From positions 1,364,001 to 1,428,000 of the forward strand of contig OZ287084.1 in the NCBI GenBank assembly GCA_965645245.1: DNA of 64,000 nt, in the 5' to 3' direction. Positions 1 through 12,289 of this stretch are shown here, in pieces. The first letter of the stretch is position 1, and each line of letters opens with the position of its first letter. This stretch comes from Massalongia carnosa. Its lineage: Eukaryota. The notes beneath the pieces were generated by a model, which was not told where the DNA came from, made no database searches, and saw only the letters and a program-made list of their open reading frames with translations. The translations under genes and the position numbers were made by a program.

Positions 1-187
1 CACTCACCCAGGAAACTCAGCCCGTCTCTGGTAGCGCTCCAAACGCTTTTCCCCCTTGAAGTAATCTTGCACCTAGGAATTACGATCTAGGTTGAAGGGC
101 TCTGTTCTTGTAATCACACTACTGATAATAAATCCTCGAGTAAGTTTCATCTCATCTTTTATCGATTTGACGATCATGACACGTTGT

Positions 188-319
188 TCGACACCGCAAA
201 GCTCGACACTGCAAAGCTCGACATTGCAAAGCTCGACACTGCAAAGCTCGACACTGCAAAGCTCGACACTGCAAATATCAAAACGACAAGCTTCGACATA
301 GCAAGCTTCGACACAGCAA
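188..319. repeat. 15-bp tandem repeat (GCAAAGCTCGACACT)n, about 5 near-perfect copies plus degenerate copies
   Basis: Directly visible; it produces the repetitive short ORFs at 92-429. Confidence 0.9.
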
Positions 320-723
320 GGTCTCTAAATAGCAATGAATCAATTCTATCTGTCTTCAACAAGTTCTCACGTCTGAAGGACCCCCGGGGGAAGAGCAGGA
401 TGACAACGACTTTAATGCCATCATGTTAAAGGGTTGCGGAACTCATTCGAGTATCCTAGGATAACCTGGGCTCGATGTGCTCTCATGGCATATCCGGCTC
501 GGAGCGTGCGAATTGACGATAAGTTCTGTAGGCAGAAGTAGTCTTACCATACTTGAATGAAAAACCCTGCCACTTCGTGAGCCTCTTGATTGAGAGCGGA
601 CTTTTCTCAAAGAGAAAAAGACCCACTTCGCTCAACTGTCTTCCAAATTTCTTGGAATGAATGACTTCGGTCTGATCCTTAGCCTCATCTTGATTCTCTG
701 GCAAACCGTCAATCCCACTCGTA

Positions 724-1890
724 TTATTCCTTCCTTAATTTCGCCAGCGCAGCCATCATGCCCTCGGTTATGCCTTCGCCTGTTGACGAGTCCGGCTTTG
801 TAGGCTTGGATCTTCCTATATCTGTCGTGCTCTTCGTGTTTTCTCTTAACAGAGCTTTTCCACCTTGGTCCATCGCAGCAAGCAGCAAAGCCTCCTCTTC
901 CTCCTCGCCCGGCTCCCACACCGAAGCTTCCTCTGCGGGTCTTTTCGGTAGTCGTGGCGTTGGGTTTTGAACAGCGCATGTGGGTTGAATAGTGGATGAG
1001 TTTGATTTTGACCCCATAGGGGTATCCTTTTCTACGCGTTCGGGATCTTCAGACACGAATAAATCATCATCCGCCCGCAAGCTCTCTTCTCGCCGTAGCT
1101 CCACCCGGCTTGCTCCCCGCTCCCCCAGTCCCCTTCTCGCGGCCTTTCTCACCCGAAACGGCTCTCTCACCGTCCCACACCACCGCTGTACCTTTTTTTC
1201 TCCCCATCCCGCAATTCCCGCCACCTCTTCCGGCCGCGCATTGACCGCCGCCCGTACGCTCCCAAACGCGGACACAAGCCCCACCGCATCGGTCTTGTTG
1301 ACGCTCCTCGGCACCGTAATGAACTCGACCAACTTCTCGCTATACGACGTCGCCTGGTGTGCTCGTATCGATGCCGGCGACGCATGCTCAAAGGACTTGT
1401 ATGTTTCCAAGTATCGCCCCGCTTCGGCCGCGCTCCAGCATAGGATTAACGTCAGGTTATTCACCAGCGAGGTCTTGGCTAGTTCCTTTAGCGGCTCCTC
1501 GTGGTTCTGGATATCCACCATCGTGAGCAAGATGCGAAGGTTGTACTTGCCCCCCAACGATCGGATTCGCGCGTAAATGTATTCTGGGTGTAGGCGGTGG
1601 TATTTCAAGCTGAGGAATAGCGCGCAGGTCGTGGCCCCAAGGACGTAGTCAGCGGGGATATCGCTGTATTCCCACGGGAGCGCGCGGATGGAATTAAGGA
1701 TTGGGTTTCCCTTTTGTCGTGTGGAGACAAGGATAGCCGAGGGACCGGAGCGACTTGGGAGGGCTTGAGGCGTGGGTTGTTGGATTTTGGGACGGGCGGG
1801 GGCAGGGTTGCTTTGGGGGTGAGGACCGGAGGGTTTCGGGGGGGCTGATAAGGAGGAGAAGTCGATGTCGGGCCCATATTCATCGTCCAT
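724..1890 (-). CDS. RAD10: ERCC1/Rad10/Swi10 nucleotide-excision-repair endonuclease non-catalytic subunit
   Basis: Single-exon 388-aa ORF with ILVSTRQKGNPIL, DYVLGATTCALFLSLKYHRLHPEYI, LILCWSAAEAGRYLETYK and the HhH region VNKTDAVGLVSAFGS...GWGEKK. Confidence 0.95.
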   Translation of the reverse strand: MDDEYGPDIDFSSLSAPPKPSGPHPQSNPAPARPKIQQPTPQALPSRSGPSAILVSTRQKGNPILNSIRALPWEYSDIPADYVLGATTCALFLSLKYHRLHPEYIYARIRSLGGKYNLRILLTMVDIQNHEEPLKELAKTSLVNNLTLILCWSAAEAGRYLETYKSFEHASPASIRAHQATSYSEKLVEFITVPRSVNKTDAVGLVSAFGSVRAAVNARPEEVAGIAGWGEKKVQRWCGTVREPFRVRKAARRGLGERGASRVELRREESLRADDDLFVSEDPERVEKDTPMGSKSNSSTIQPTCAVQNPTPRLPKRPAEEASVWEPGEEEEEALLLAAMDQGGKALLRENTKSTTDIGRSKPTKPDSSTGEGITEGMMAALAKLRKE

Positions 1891-4800
1891 CTTTATTGGG
1901 GGTGTTGATATCGGAGTTTGGTACTCTACACCCTATTATCGCGATATTTCTATCAAGAAATAGCTCACTGCAATTGCTCGCCACCGTCCTAGAAGGTGTT
2001 TGAGATTATACTTCATTCATCAAGCTTGGAATAAAAGAAAGAACAGAGAGAAAAATAAATATAACGACAGAGTAGAGCTCTGGAGAGAGGAAACAATTGG
2101 CGTAGTCCGTCAACAGCTTAGTGCTTCAAATACAACTAAATCATAAACCCAGATACAAGGGTAAGGCTGATTCACTGAAACAACAACGAAACGACCAATT
2201 CTCTACGACTCTCCATCCATGAACTCCGAATCGAAAGTTCAGTCATGATTCGACATGAATTCATACTGTGCAGACCACTAACATTATCATCATGAGCATC
2301 ATGGGGTGTTACTTGTTTATAGGTTGTAAGGTTTCAACCATGAGCCCTGTACTATCTCTACTCAAATCTTTTCTCTTTCCCTTTCCTTTTCTCTCTTCTT
2401 CCGAGTTGCTATGATACTTTAACCAAGAGCCAAATGGGTCGCGTAATCACACCGTCTCGCCATATCATCTTACTTTTGCTGCTCTTTCTCTCATTTATTC
2501 TTTCGTTCCCAACATGACCCCTTTCCTTGGATTTGGACAGTGGGAGTCTTTTAATAAGTTGGCCATTCATGATTATAATCTACAATCCATTACAAGGGTA
2601 GAACTAAACCTTAAATTTATCTTACCATCTATCTCGCCACTTGTCTCGCCCTTGTCGGTGTTGCCTTCACTAGCCCCCGCTCTACGCTGACTAGGGTCTA
2701 CGCCGCCACCTTCGCAAAATATATTACGACCTTCCAACAAAGAAGAAGGGCTGCATGGATACGTTGCTCGAGAGAGGACGAAATGGATTTTCCGTCCCAG
2801 ACAGCGGACCCTGTTCCGTGAATGGTCACTAGACTCCTCAGTCTCACTGCGATGAACCAGATTCCATCATAAAGGTAGCGAGTTGGATGGCTCTGACTTT
2901 AGAGGCCATGAACGTGCATTTTGGCTTACGGTCTTTACCTCTCCAATAAGGCCTTTATACCCAAACTTTCTTTCCAGCCATCATCCGAAAACTCCGCAAT
3001 TTGAACGTCTGGCTGGTCTTGGGAGCCGAATGTGGTTTGCTTGAGGCACGCTATGGGTTCCGTACTGTGTTGGATAATACGGGTTGAGGTTCAAACCTGA
3101 CATGAACTCAAGTTCTACTTTAGCAAGACATTGAACGAACTGGCTTGCTCGGCCGGACCTCAGCGCTGGAAATATTGTTGGTATGAACACATGGTTGTGG
3201 GAAATACACAAATGCACCCCCCTTTTGTTCGACATATTGTCCCTTTAGAATGATGGTACAACCCCAGAATGCGTCAGAGAGCCGGCCGGTAGGTTAAGAG
3301 CGGTGTCCAATAAGCAAGTTCACTTTAAGAAGTATTCGGATGTGTCATAAAATAGTTTAGACATGAGAGGATCCACACAACACAGGAGTCAGTATGGATT
3401 TCTTCAGGCGAAAAGTCCATTTGGACCTGAACGCTTCGTCTTTCTCTATTCGGAGATGATAATGTCCCGTGGAACCTTTGGGGTGTCTAACGGCTGTGTG
3501 GGAGAATGAGAAGGGGAAACTGTTGGTAGGCCATACAAATTTCTAAGTTTGTTCAGCACTCTCAATCCTGCCTACTTGTACCCCAGTTTCCTTCCCTCTC
3601 CCCAAATCACACTATCTTCAAGAGCAACCCTCTAGAACGAGTTTTTCATCGCGCACATCGAGACCAAAAGCAGTCTCCGTAATAAATTGCGTCGTCTCGA
3701 AAGCAAGTTTCCTCAACCGGTATGTTCTCATTTCTACAGAACGCTTTCCTTTTCCCCATCCCCGCATTATTTCCTTTTTTTGGATACAATCCCAGCACCG
3801 ACATAACCAGTAGGGTGAGCTAGCCGGGTGGGTTATTCTCGACCAATGTTCTTCTGCACGTTTAGTGGAGAAATCAGTCATCTAGCTCAATCGGAGATTT
3901 CTCCGCTTGGATAAGAAGTGATTTGTCTTGAGAGGGACACCCTCGCCCCCCCCTAAAACCAGAGACAAGGGGCGAAAACTTTCTACGCTTAAACCCGCGC
4001 TTATTTTTCCTATTAAGCTACTTGACCTTATGGTTGGCCTAAGATCAACACCCATACACTCCAAGAACCGGGATTCTGTATGCTTGGCACGTGGAAGGAA
4101 GCCTCTAAAGCTCCACCGCCGATGCAGCGGATGTATGTGGGAGGGACGCTGAGCTGATGCTTTTACATTAAGATTCTGGATTGCGTGGTAACGATAAGGA
4201 TTAGTCCCCTGTGAGCAAAGGGTTTGGATGAGATGGTTTGTTCTGCAGGTTGACAGTATAGATTGACATCAAGAAGCTGCATCTAGATTTTAGTGATTTA
4301 CTATAGCGGTCATGATAGGAAGAGTCTTTGAATGGAGTTCTTCACGGCGTTTTGGTCGTTTCAAATTAGCTCAAGTCCAAGACACATGGTGTTCTGATGC
4401 TGAACGGCTGGTATATATTACAATTGAACCTAGAAAATCCGAGGGGGTTGCACAGAATGTCAAATTCGCTTGCAACAAATTTACAAAATCCACCAAATGG
4501 TTGATTTATTTTGACTCTTGCTTTTATCTAAAGAACCATGCCCCGTGAAAGAACCGACTACCATAACCAGACTCAAGCTTAGGTTCATTCATCGACTTTC
4601 GTACGAATACACGTGTTCCCGTTGATCAAAAGAACTCAAGGTGAATTACAACACGAGGCTGATAGGGTTCCTAGAGTAGCGAAAGGCGACCAATGCAAGA
4701 AGCCGAACTTGGGAACGGAACAGTTACGGCAGGCGTAGTCCTGCGAGTTTGGACCGAGAGTGAATTGAGGCTTGAGGAAAAGAAGAAGCAGACGTAAAGG

Positions 4801-6597
4801 AAAATACATGTAGGTGTGAACAGTTCATGGAGAACTATGGACTGACAGCGGGGCCTGAGTCGATCATATCTTGAGCTGCGTATGAGTGATGCTGAAGCAT
4901 GTATCCGACGCGCGCGGGAAATGGTGCTGCTGGAAATATGACCACCGCAAGCGTTCTGCTTCTCACCGTCTCAGCCTGTAGGGCTAGGAGTTGGCTTTCG
5001 TTCCAGCGTTTGAAGCCTGCATTCCCTGCCAATAAGTAACTATGTAGCGGCATACCTACTCCCCATATAACGGTCCTCCCGATGCCTCCCGCTCCCGCCC
5101 AGGTACAGGCTTCAGCCCGAAGATCCATCTAGAACGCTTCAAGGTAGGGCTGAAGAGTGGCGGCATCGTGGCCAGCAAAAGAAATCACAGAAACGTACAT
5201 AGGCAGAAACATCCTCTTTATCGTGCATGGCCTTCGGACTACGGGAGTGAAGTCAGCGTATGGGACGACGGAAGCCAAGCCTGCCCAATCGTTATCGTCG
5301 TTTCTCCTCTGGTGTCAAGAGAATGAAGTGCAACCTGGCAGGATTGGAGTTAAAAAGTCGTGAACGAGACATATGATATTTTTCGGAATTTAGAGAGACA
5401 CGCAATAGAGAATCTATTTGATATCACTCCCTTTGTGCGATGTGTTCGCCTCGCATTACCGGCGTCCTTACAAGCAGGCGAAAACCCGTTGTTGCTGCTG
5501 TCCACCGTTACAGGGCGCGATACAGACCGAGGTGCGAAACAACTGTACTGCTCGACGGAATAGCATTAATAAGCTGTGGGGCCATTGTAACCACGCAACA
5601 CGGTACATGCTCGTATCAATCCATCCTCACGCGTCCGTAGCAAGGAAGCTCCTCAGACGCCTTATGTATGCCAAGAGCATGGCCGAAATCCCGTAACTAG
5701 CACATACCCGACCGTAACGGCTTAAACCTTCTCATCCTCATGGCCTTCCCACTTCCACCATTCAGGCCAAGACCCAAACGCCAGCAACACAAGCTCGATC
5801 ACTCATGACACACGACTCCTATTCAAAGATTCCCGGCCTTTGCGTACCTGGCGGCATTGATCTCGTGTTGCACTCTCAAGGCGAAAGGCGCAACGGAATG
5901 ATCAAACGTCGGAGTTGAACCAGCGATCTCTTCTCTGCAGCACTGAAGGCAACGATCAATCCGCTCGTTGGCACATATTCATGGCGCGTTAACCAAGAGT
6001 GGAAAACTCGATCATGACCAGCAGGGAGGGTTGAGAGCGATTTGCTTCCAAGTACGAAGTCGTCGTGTTTTGCTGCATTCCTGTCGAGTGAGACCAATGA
6101 TCCGCACTTTGCGGGCTTGACCAGTTTTCCGTGTAAACGGTTCACAGTCATCGTTGTTCCCTTTGGCTCTGAGAGTAAAAGTACCGCGCTTGAGGTCATC
6201 GTTAAAGGGGGCAAATGTACGCTGTACCGAATGACACATTGGAAAAGGGACCTTGCTTATATTCGCGACGTTCTGATTGGTCGAGATGAATGATGCTTTC
6301 AATCCTTTTCCAGTTGTGTGGCCTTGATTCAATCACTCGCGGGAGAGAATACAGAAGCAGAATGGAGTTTGTTTTCTATGGCTTCTTTTTTCACCTTCGC
6401 CTGTACTCGAGAGATAAGGGTTCAACGGACAGACTCAAGAAAGTCCAGCTATTTCCCCGGATTCCACCGTTGTGACCTGCTTTCTCCCCCAAGGTCTTTC
6501 CATCGTTTTCCTCCGGCTTCTCTCTTGTTGCGTGTTGTAACCCCCAGATTTCGTGTTTCATCTGCTCATTAACGTCGACCGATAAACCGCGTCAAGC

Positions 6598-7799
6598 ATG
6601 TCGCTCGCCTTGTTGAAAACCGTTCTATTCCCGGCGGAGAGGCGGCTGTCCACCCCGAAGCCCATCCCTAGCATCCACGGCCCCGCAGGCTCCGCTTCAC
6701 GTATGCATTCCCACTTCCAGCTCAAGCTTCCAGCTAGATAGTAACACATCCTTCCCTCACCCAGAATCAGACCCCGCTCCTGCATTATTGAACCGTAGCC
6801 ACAAGGACAGTGAGGTCAGCTGGCTCAGTTGCGAGAGCTCCGTCGACCTGGACCATCGGTACAAGCGCTCCGGCTCTTTCGCACCCCCGCCGCTCGCGGA
6901 GAAAGACCTTGCCGGCGTCCCGTCGACGAACAGCAGTACGGAAGCCGACCTCGAAGCCCAGAAACCGCCCGGCTCCGATGCCCCCCCGGAGCAGCCTCCT
7001 GCAAAGCGCTGGGGCTTCAAAGTCAGCCCCCGCATGATCTCCGACGCCATCATTGGCGTATCGGATGGCATGACAGTGCCGTTCGCCCTCACCGCAGGCT
7101 TGGCCTCCATCGGCGACACGAAACTCGTGGTCCTCGGTGGCCTGGCTGAACTCATCGCCGGCGCCCTTTCCATGGGCCTAGGCGGCTTCATCGGCGCCAA
7201 GAGTGAAGCGTAAGCCCCTCCACTCAACCCCATCATTCTCACTCTCCGTCCCGTTTCAGCAACTGGTTCTCACTGTCTCGTTTTCAACCAGAGAATCCTA
7301 CCGCGCCACCGTTACCTCCACTCAGAAACAAATCAGGCAGTTTTCCCCGCTCCAAACTTCCGCCCTCATCCACGCTGTCTTCACGCCGTACAACCTCCCT
7401 CCTGCCACCACCACCGCCATCGCCACCGCGCTGCACGACTCCCCCGCCGCCCTCCTCGACTTCCTCGTGCGCTTCCACCACCAGCACGCCGAGCCCGACG
7501 CCGCGCGGCCCTTCGTGTGCGCCTTGACCATCAGCCTCGGCTACTTCCTCGGCGGCCTCGTCCCGCTCATCCCCTACTTCTGCGTGCACCGCCACCAGGT
7601 CTACACCGCGCTGTGGTGGAGCATCGGCGTCATGGCCGCGGCCTTGTTCGCTTTCGGCTGGGTGAAGACGGGGGTGGTGGTCGGGTGGCGGGGCAAGGGC
7701 AACGTTGTGGCGGGGCTGAGGGGCGCCTTGCAGATGGTGATGATTGGGGGCACGGCGGCGGGGGCGGCGGTTGGGCTGGTGAGGGCTATCAATCATTGA
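6598..7799 (+). CDS. CCC1: VIT1/CCC1-family vacuolar Fe/Mn transporter (3 exons: 6598-6700, 6765 or 6771-7209, 7292-7799)
   Basis: DAIIGVSDGMTVPFALTAGL, GLAELIAGALSMGLGGFIGAKSEAESY (joined across GTAAGC..CAG intron 7210-7291), YFLGGLVPLIPYF. First intron starts GTATGC at 6701; either CAG acceptor (6764 or 6770) keeps the frame. Confidence 0.92.
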
Positions 7800-8245
7800 G
7801 AATAGGAGAACATGGTGGTGAGGGGAGGCGTGGGTGGGTGATGATCTACCATGCGGCCAGCGACTACCATCGGGGCGAAATATGTCGAGATCCCGAAAGG
7901 CCGCTAGACTGGCTGTGAATGAGAACATGAGTCCAAGATTCGGGATCGGCACTACGTGTATGTATGTATGTATGTAGTTATGTATGTATATTTCCCACAA
8001 TTGACTGATTGAATGGATGAACTCGACTCGACTCGACTCCACCCGACCATCACGCGAACATGCATAAATGCGGAATACCTACCTACCTACCTATCAATCA
8101 ATCAACAAACAATCCAACATGACCTAATCACCATGCATAATCTAACCCCCCCCCCCCTATATACCAATCCGGGTAAACGAACAGGAAAAATCCACCCAAG
8201 AAATCCTGGCGCCGGGGGTTGGTTAGTCCGTTTCATGGATGGATT

Positions 8246-8517
8246 AATAAATGAATAAATGAATAAATGAATAAATGAATAAATGAATAAATGAATAAAT
8301 GAATAAATGAATAAATGAATAAATGAATAAATGAATAAATGAATAAATGAATAAATGAATAAATGAATAAATGAATAAATGAATAAATGAATAAATGAAT
8401 AAATGAATAAATGAATAAATGAATAAATGAATAAATGAATAAATGAATAAATGAATAAATGAATAAATGAATAAATGAATAAATGAATAAATGAATAAAT
8501 GAATAAATGAATAAATG
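8246..8517. repeat. Perfect octamer tandem array (AATAAATG) x34
   Basis: 272 bp of uninterrupted 8-bp units; the FIYSFIHL ORF is its translation. Confidence 0.97.
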
Positions 8518-8880
8518 AGAACCCGAGACTTTTTTGGGGGGGGGGGGGGCCAATTGGAGTCGGTTTTGTATATATGTGGAAAACTAGATACGGGTGTAGG
8601 ACTTCTGGATGGGATTACAGGATAGGGGGGGGGGGGGTGGTTGATAAAGCTGGATTGTTCTGGGTATGTATGGTATGATAGGGGTGGGGATTGTATGTTG
8701 AGGATTTAAAGAAATAAATGATAAAACTCAAACCAACTAACTAAAAAGCAATCGTGCTGTAATCGGCGAAAATCAATCTACCTTAAAAACAACTTAGATT
8801 CATCAGTCTCTTCTCCTGACTAGGTTCACGGTTTCCGGTAAAGATCTCGGCAAAGATTGGGGTTTGGGGGACGGTAGTTA

Positions 8881-9127
8881 GCACACGAGTGACAAAATTA
8901 AATTTACACCGAACCCTTTTCCTCACCAAAATCACCGGATTTTCTATCATAAACCGTAGCGTTTTTTTAGTTAATTTCATGATTTTTTGAACTTCAATAA
9001 TTAAATCAGTAATCTGCCATTCTGCCTTCATCATCAGTCACTGCTTGCAAACTTTTAGGCATTAAATCACGATGATTTTGGTGGGGGGAAAATTTTGGTG
9101 TATTTTTAATTTTGTCACCTGCGTGGG
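8881..9127. mobile_element. MITE-like element with about 60-bp imperfect terminal inverted repeats and TA flanks
   Basis: Left end GTGACAAAATTAAATTTACACC...CACCAAAATCA; right end TGATTTTGGTG...GGTGTATTTTTAATTTTGTCAC (inverted copy); TA at 8879-8880 and 9128-9129; AT-rich non-coding interior. Confidence 0.7.
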
Positions 9128-9360
9128 TAGGTAGGGAGGTAGTTTACAGGCAAGAATGATAGGGAACGATAACTAGACGTGTTTCGTGGTAGTGTTGGGA
9201 GGTGTTGGATATTTAGGAGTTCATTTCATTTCATATCATTTCATTTCATTCATTTTCGGTATTATATTCCTCCATTCATCAATCATCAACCTCTTCTTTC
9301 CCTCGCCCCATCCCACGATTTCCAAGGGGATCCCGAGACACCGGGTTTTTTCGTCATCAC

Positions 9361-10153
9361 TCACGACCCCTTTCCCTTCCCCTCACCCTCACCCACCATC
9401 TCCCTCGCCACCTCCACGGTATGCCCCACCACCCCCCGCGCCACCCCCCATAGCGTCTCTTCCCGCTCGCGCGCCTCGCTGCTGCCGGCCTCTAGCTCGG
9501 GGAAATGCCACTCGAAGTAAAAGGTCAGGTAGAGGTCCGTTACGTGCGCGCCTTGCGAGACGAGGTTGCTGATGAACGCCCCGTGCGGGCCTTCGTTTTG
9601 GAAATCGACCTGGTGGGCGTTAGTTGGGTTGGGGTTTATAAGGCTGAAGGGGTGGGAGGAGGGCAGGGGATAATGGATCAGGTATCTACCTTCCATGGTT
9701 TCGTCATCGTGATGTTCTCGATTGATTTTCCGCCCGGTGGACCCATGCCCTAGTTAATACTTCTTGTCAAATCCCTCATTTTCCTAACAGCTGACTAAAA
9801 CTGCAAGAAAAGGAGTTAAAACTTAGAGAAAGTGGGGGAAAGATAGGTAGCGGGAAACAACAACATTCAGATACAGTCTCCTTTCTCTTTTCTTATTTTT
9901 ATTTTAATTTTGATTTTAAAAAGGGGGGATTAAAAAAAAGAACCAGAAGACATACCTCGTGAAACACCACTTCGCGCTTCACGAACTTGTCGTCGTCCTC
10001 CTCCAGCACGTTTGCCGACAGGATCAGCTTGACGAACAATTGCGGCTGGCGGACCTTGACGACGAGTGTGTGCCAAAGCTGGTCCAGGGTGAGAACCGGG
10101 TGGGCGCCGGGGGGGTTGACGGTGACGGTGTGTGATAGCGTGATGGTGAGCAT
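9361..10153 (-). CDS. DUF1857/AtaL-like SRPBCC (Bet v1-fold) protein (exons 10153-9956, 9749-9690, 9609-9361)
   Basis: VNPPGAHPVLTLDQLWHTLVVKVRQPQLFV, REVVF, VDF...ISNLVSQG...DLYLTFYFEW; both introns are GT..AG and phase 0. Confidence 0.8.
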
Positions 10154-11725
10154 GATTGTTTGGTTTAGGTCAGTTATCTGGGAATTGGTGGATTGGTGGC
10201 TTAATTTTTGTTTGGTGATGAGATTGATGGATGATTGGGAGCGACGGGAGATCTGAGAATAGATGGAGTTAAAGGATAGAAAGGGCTGAATATATAGGCT
10301 AGATCTATCTATTCTTTATGAGGAGATTCCATTGAGAATTAATCAAGGCAGAGTCGGGTTTATATTTCAGTGCCCGAACTAGTTATCCATATTCCAAAAC
10401 CGACGATTGTCAATCCGCCGGCGGCTTTTGGTCGTAGATACTTTGGTGTGAACGTACTAATCGCCCGCGTCGGGGCTTCGGCTAACAGTCAAGTTTAGCC
10501 ACTAGTATGTAATTGTAAGTTATCGTTGCGAAAAATACATAGAGATGACGTCGTTGGAAGGTTTCGTGGAAGATTCCGGGAGTAGTTAGTTGATTAACTA
10601 ATTTATTAGTAAACACTCTTGATAGATATCGGCAATTTTTTATTATTAATTCATTAAGCGTAAACAACAGTCAAGAAGTGGAAACCTAGCCCCCAGGGTA
10701 AAACCACTCCCTTATTCCATATTGAACGCAACGAAGTCGTTCTTCTACCACGCGGTGCATACACCCAGATCTTCAAGCGCTAGAAATCCTGTAGGCTCGA
10801 TGAACTAGACAGTGTATCTTCACACGTTCGACGAACGTTCTCTCTCTTTAATCGTTTTGACTCAATGAAGGAAAGACTGATCGTGATCGAGGGCAGATCG
10901 TGATGTCGTATAAATGAAGATGTGGAAATGTGGCCATTCCGAATGAATGAGCTTTTTCGATGTGATGAAAGCCTTCCGCCTGAGGAGTGTGGTCATTCCG
11001 AATGAATGGGCTTTGTATGCCTTCGAAGTGGTGAATGATCAGTAGAGACGTTGATCATTCAAACGGCCACCAAGGTGGGCTTCCGCGTTGGCGATGATCA
11101 GATATTGGCCACCTCCGAGGAGATGTTGATAGCCTGCACCACGTAGAGGTTTCCGACCCAGCAGGCCGATATCGGCAATTGGAAATCCTTCTCCTTGGAT
11201 GTTATATTAATTGGAACGATAACACGTTGGTTTTGTTGCCAGGCTCGCTCATCGCATAATATGTATGAATAACTTCGTTTTTTAGGGGGGAGGGGGATTC
11301 GTACATCGACGACCCTCCTGCATTAACGAGGAAATCCTGGTCGAGAGGAGCAGTAAGTAAGTACAGAGAGTAGTTATGGTGGTTAAGGATCCGCTGCTGC
11401 GATGCTACGTTGCTAGGATAACTAGATCTAATATTCCGAAGGGTTTTAGAAAGAAAACAGACCCCCTGACCCTTGAATGCGTAGGATGATCAGGGACATT
11501 CGTAATCAATCGTTATAGGTTGAAGTGATTATCAAGTATCTTTGACCAACAAAAACTTTAGAATACCTCGAGTAGATAACTTTCGTCCAACTACTAGCAT
11601 CAAGTGGAAATGCCATGTCACATCCAAAATATACTTCCTTTGCGTGATGCTAAGGTCCCTATAACCTAAAGCAAAGGCAGGATGCATGGGGAACGCCTAT
11701 GAAGACAGACCAAGGCTGGGACGAA

Positions 11726-12289
11726 TCACCACAAAAACTCCACCATGGACTTCCCTATCATAGCCGGCTTAAAAACCCTCTGAAAGCGCCCCAGATCAAA
11801 CCGGCCGTCCCCCAGCTGCATCGAGTCCGGATCCTCAGCCCAGCAAAACGCCCCGCCCCGCACCAGCACGCCGCCATCGTCCAGCTCGATCTCGCAGACC
11901 CGCCACCCGTACGCGCGCGTTTCGTACTGCTGTAGCCGCCGAAACCGCGCCGCCATCTCCACCTCGTACACCATCCCCCTCTCCGCGGCGAAACCCTCGC
12001 GTTCGATCAGCGCGGGATACTGGCCCCACATTTTGCATTTGAACCCGGAGATCTTGCCTCGGCGGAGAACTGGAGTTCGCCGGAGCCCGAGGATCAGCTG
12101 AAGGATTTCTGGGTCCAACAGACTGCCGTAGAAGAAGCAGAATGTGGGCTTCCGTGGGGTTTTCGGGTTTAGGGATTCTTCTGCCGTTGCGGCCGGAGTG
12201 GATTTTTGTTACGTCGCGGAACCGGTCAGTGTGGGCCTGTTAGTACCTGCTGATGGTAGGGGTGGTGGAAGTGGAGGGGGGGATGACAT
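11726..12289 (-). CDS. Gamma-glutamylcyclotransferase (AIG2/GGCT-like) protein; 5' end needs a weak intron or the gene is a pseudogene
   Basis: FFYGSL.DP signature just upstream of the 12118 ORF, GQYPAL, LQQYE..AY. The ATG at 12289 is in frame but a TAA lies at 12209-12211. Confidence 0.72.

Noticed and set aside
188..319. Repeat array as a CRISPR or a repeat protein (TLQSS/AKLDT ORFs)
   Set aside because: Head-to-tail 15-mers with no unique spacers, eukaryotic context and no cas genes; the ORFs are by-products of a stop-free repeat.
2000..6500. Hidden gene or long ncRNA (such as telomerase RNA) in the 4.5-kb gap between RAD10 and CCC1
   Set aside because: Only short ORFs without recognisable motifs; I saw no TAACCCTAA template, tRNA or snRNA signature. 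It cannot be excluded without covariance-model searches or RNA-seq.
7284..8042. 252-aa minus-strand ORF overlapping CCC1 (and similar antisense ORFs over RAD10, PPN1, the acyltransferase and the MFS)
   Set aside because: Antisense shadows of GC3-rich coding sequence with no domain signatures.
8233..8553. 106-aa FIYSFIHL repeat ORF
   Set aside because: Translation of the AATAAATG satellite with a non-ATG start.
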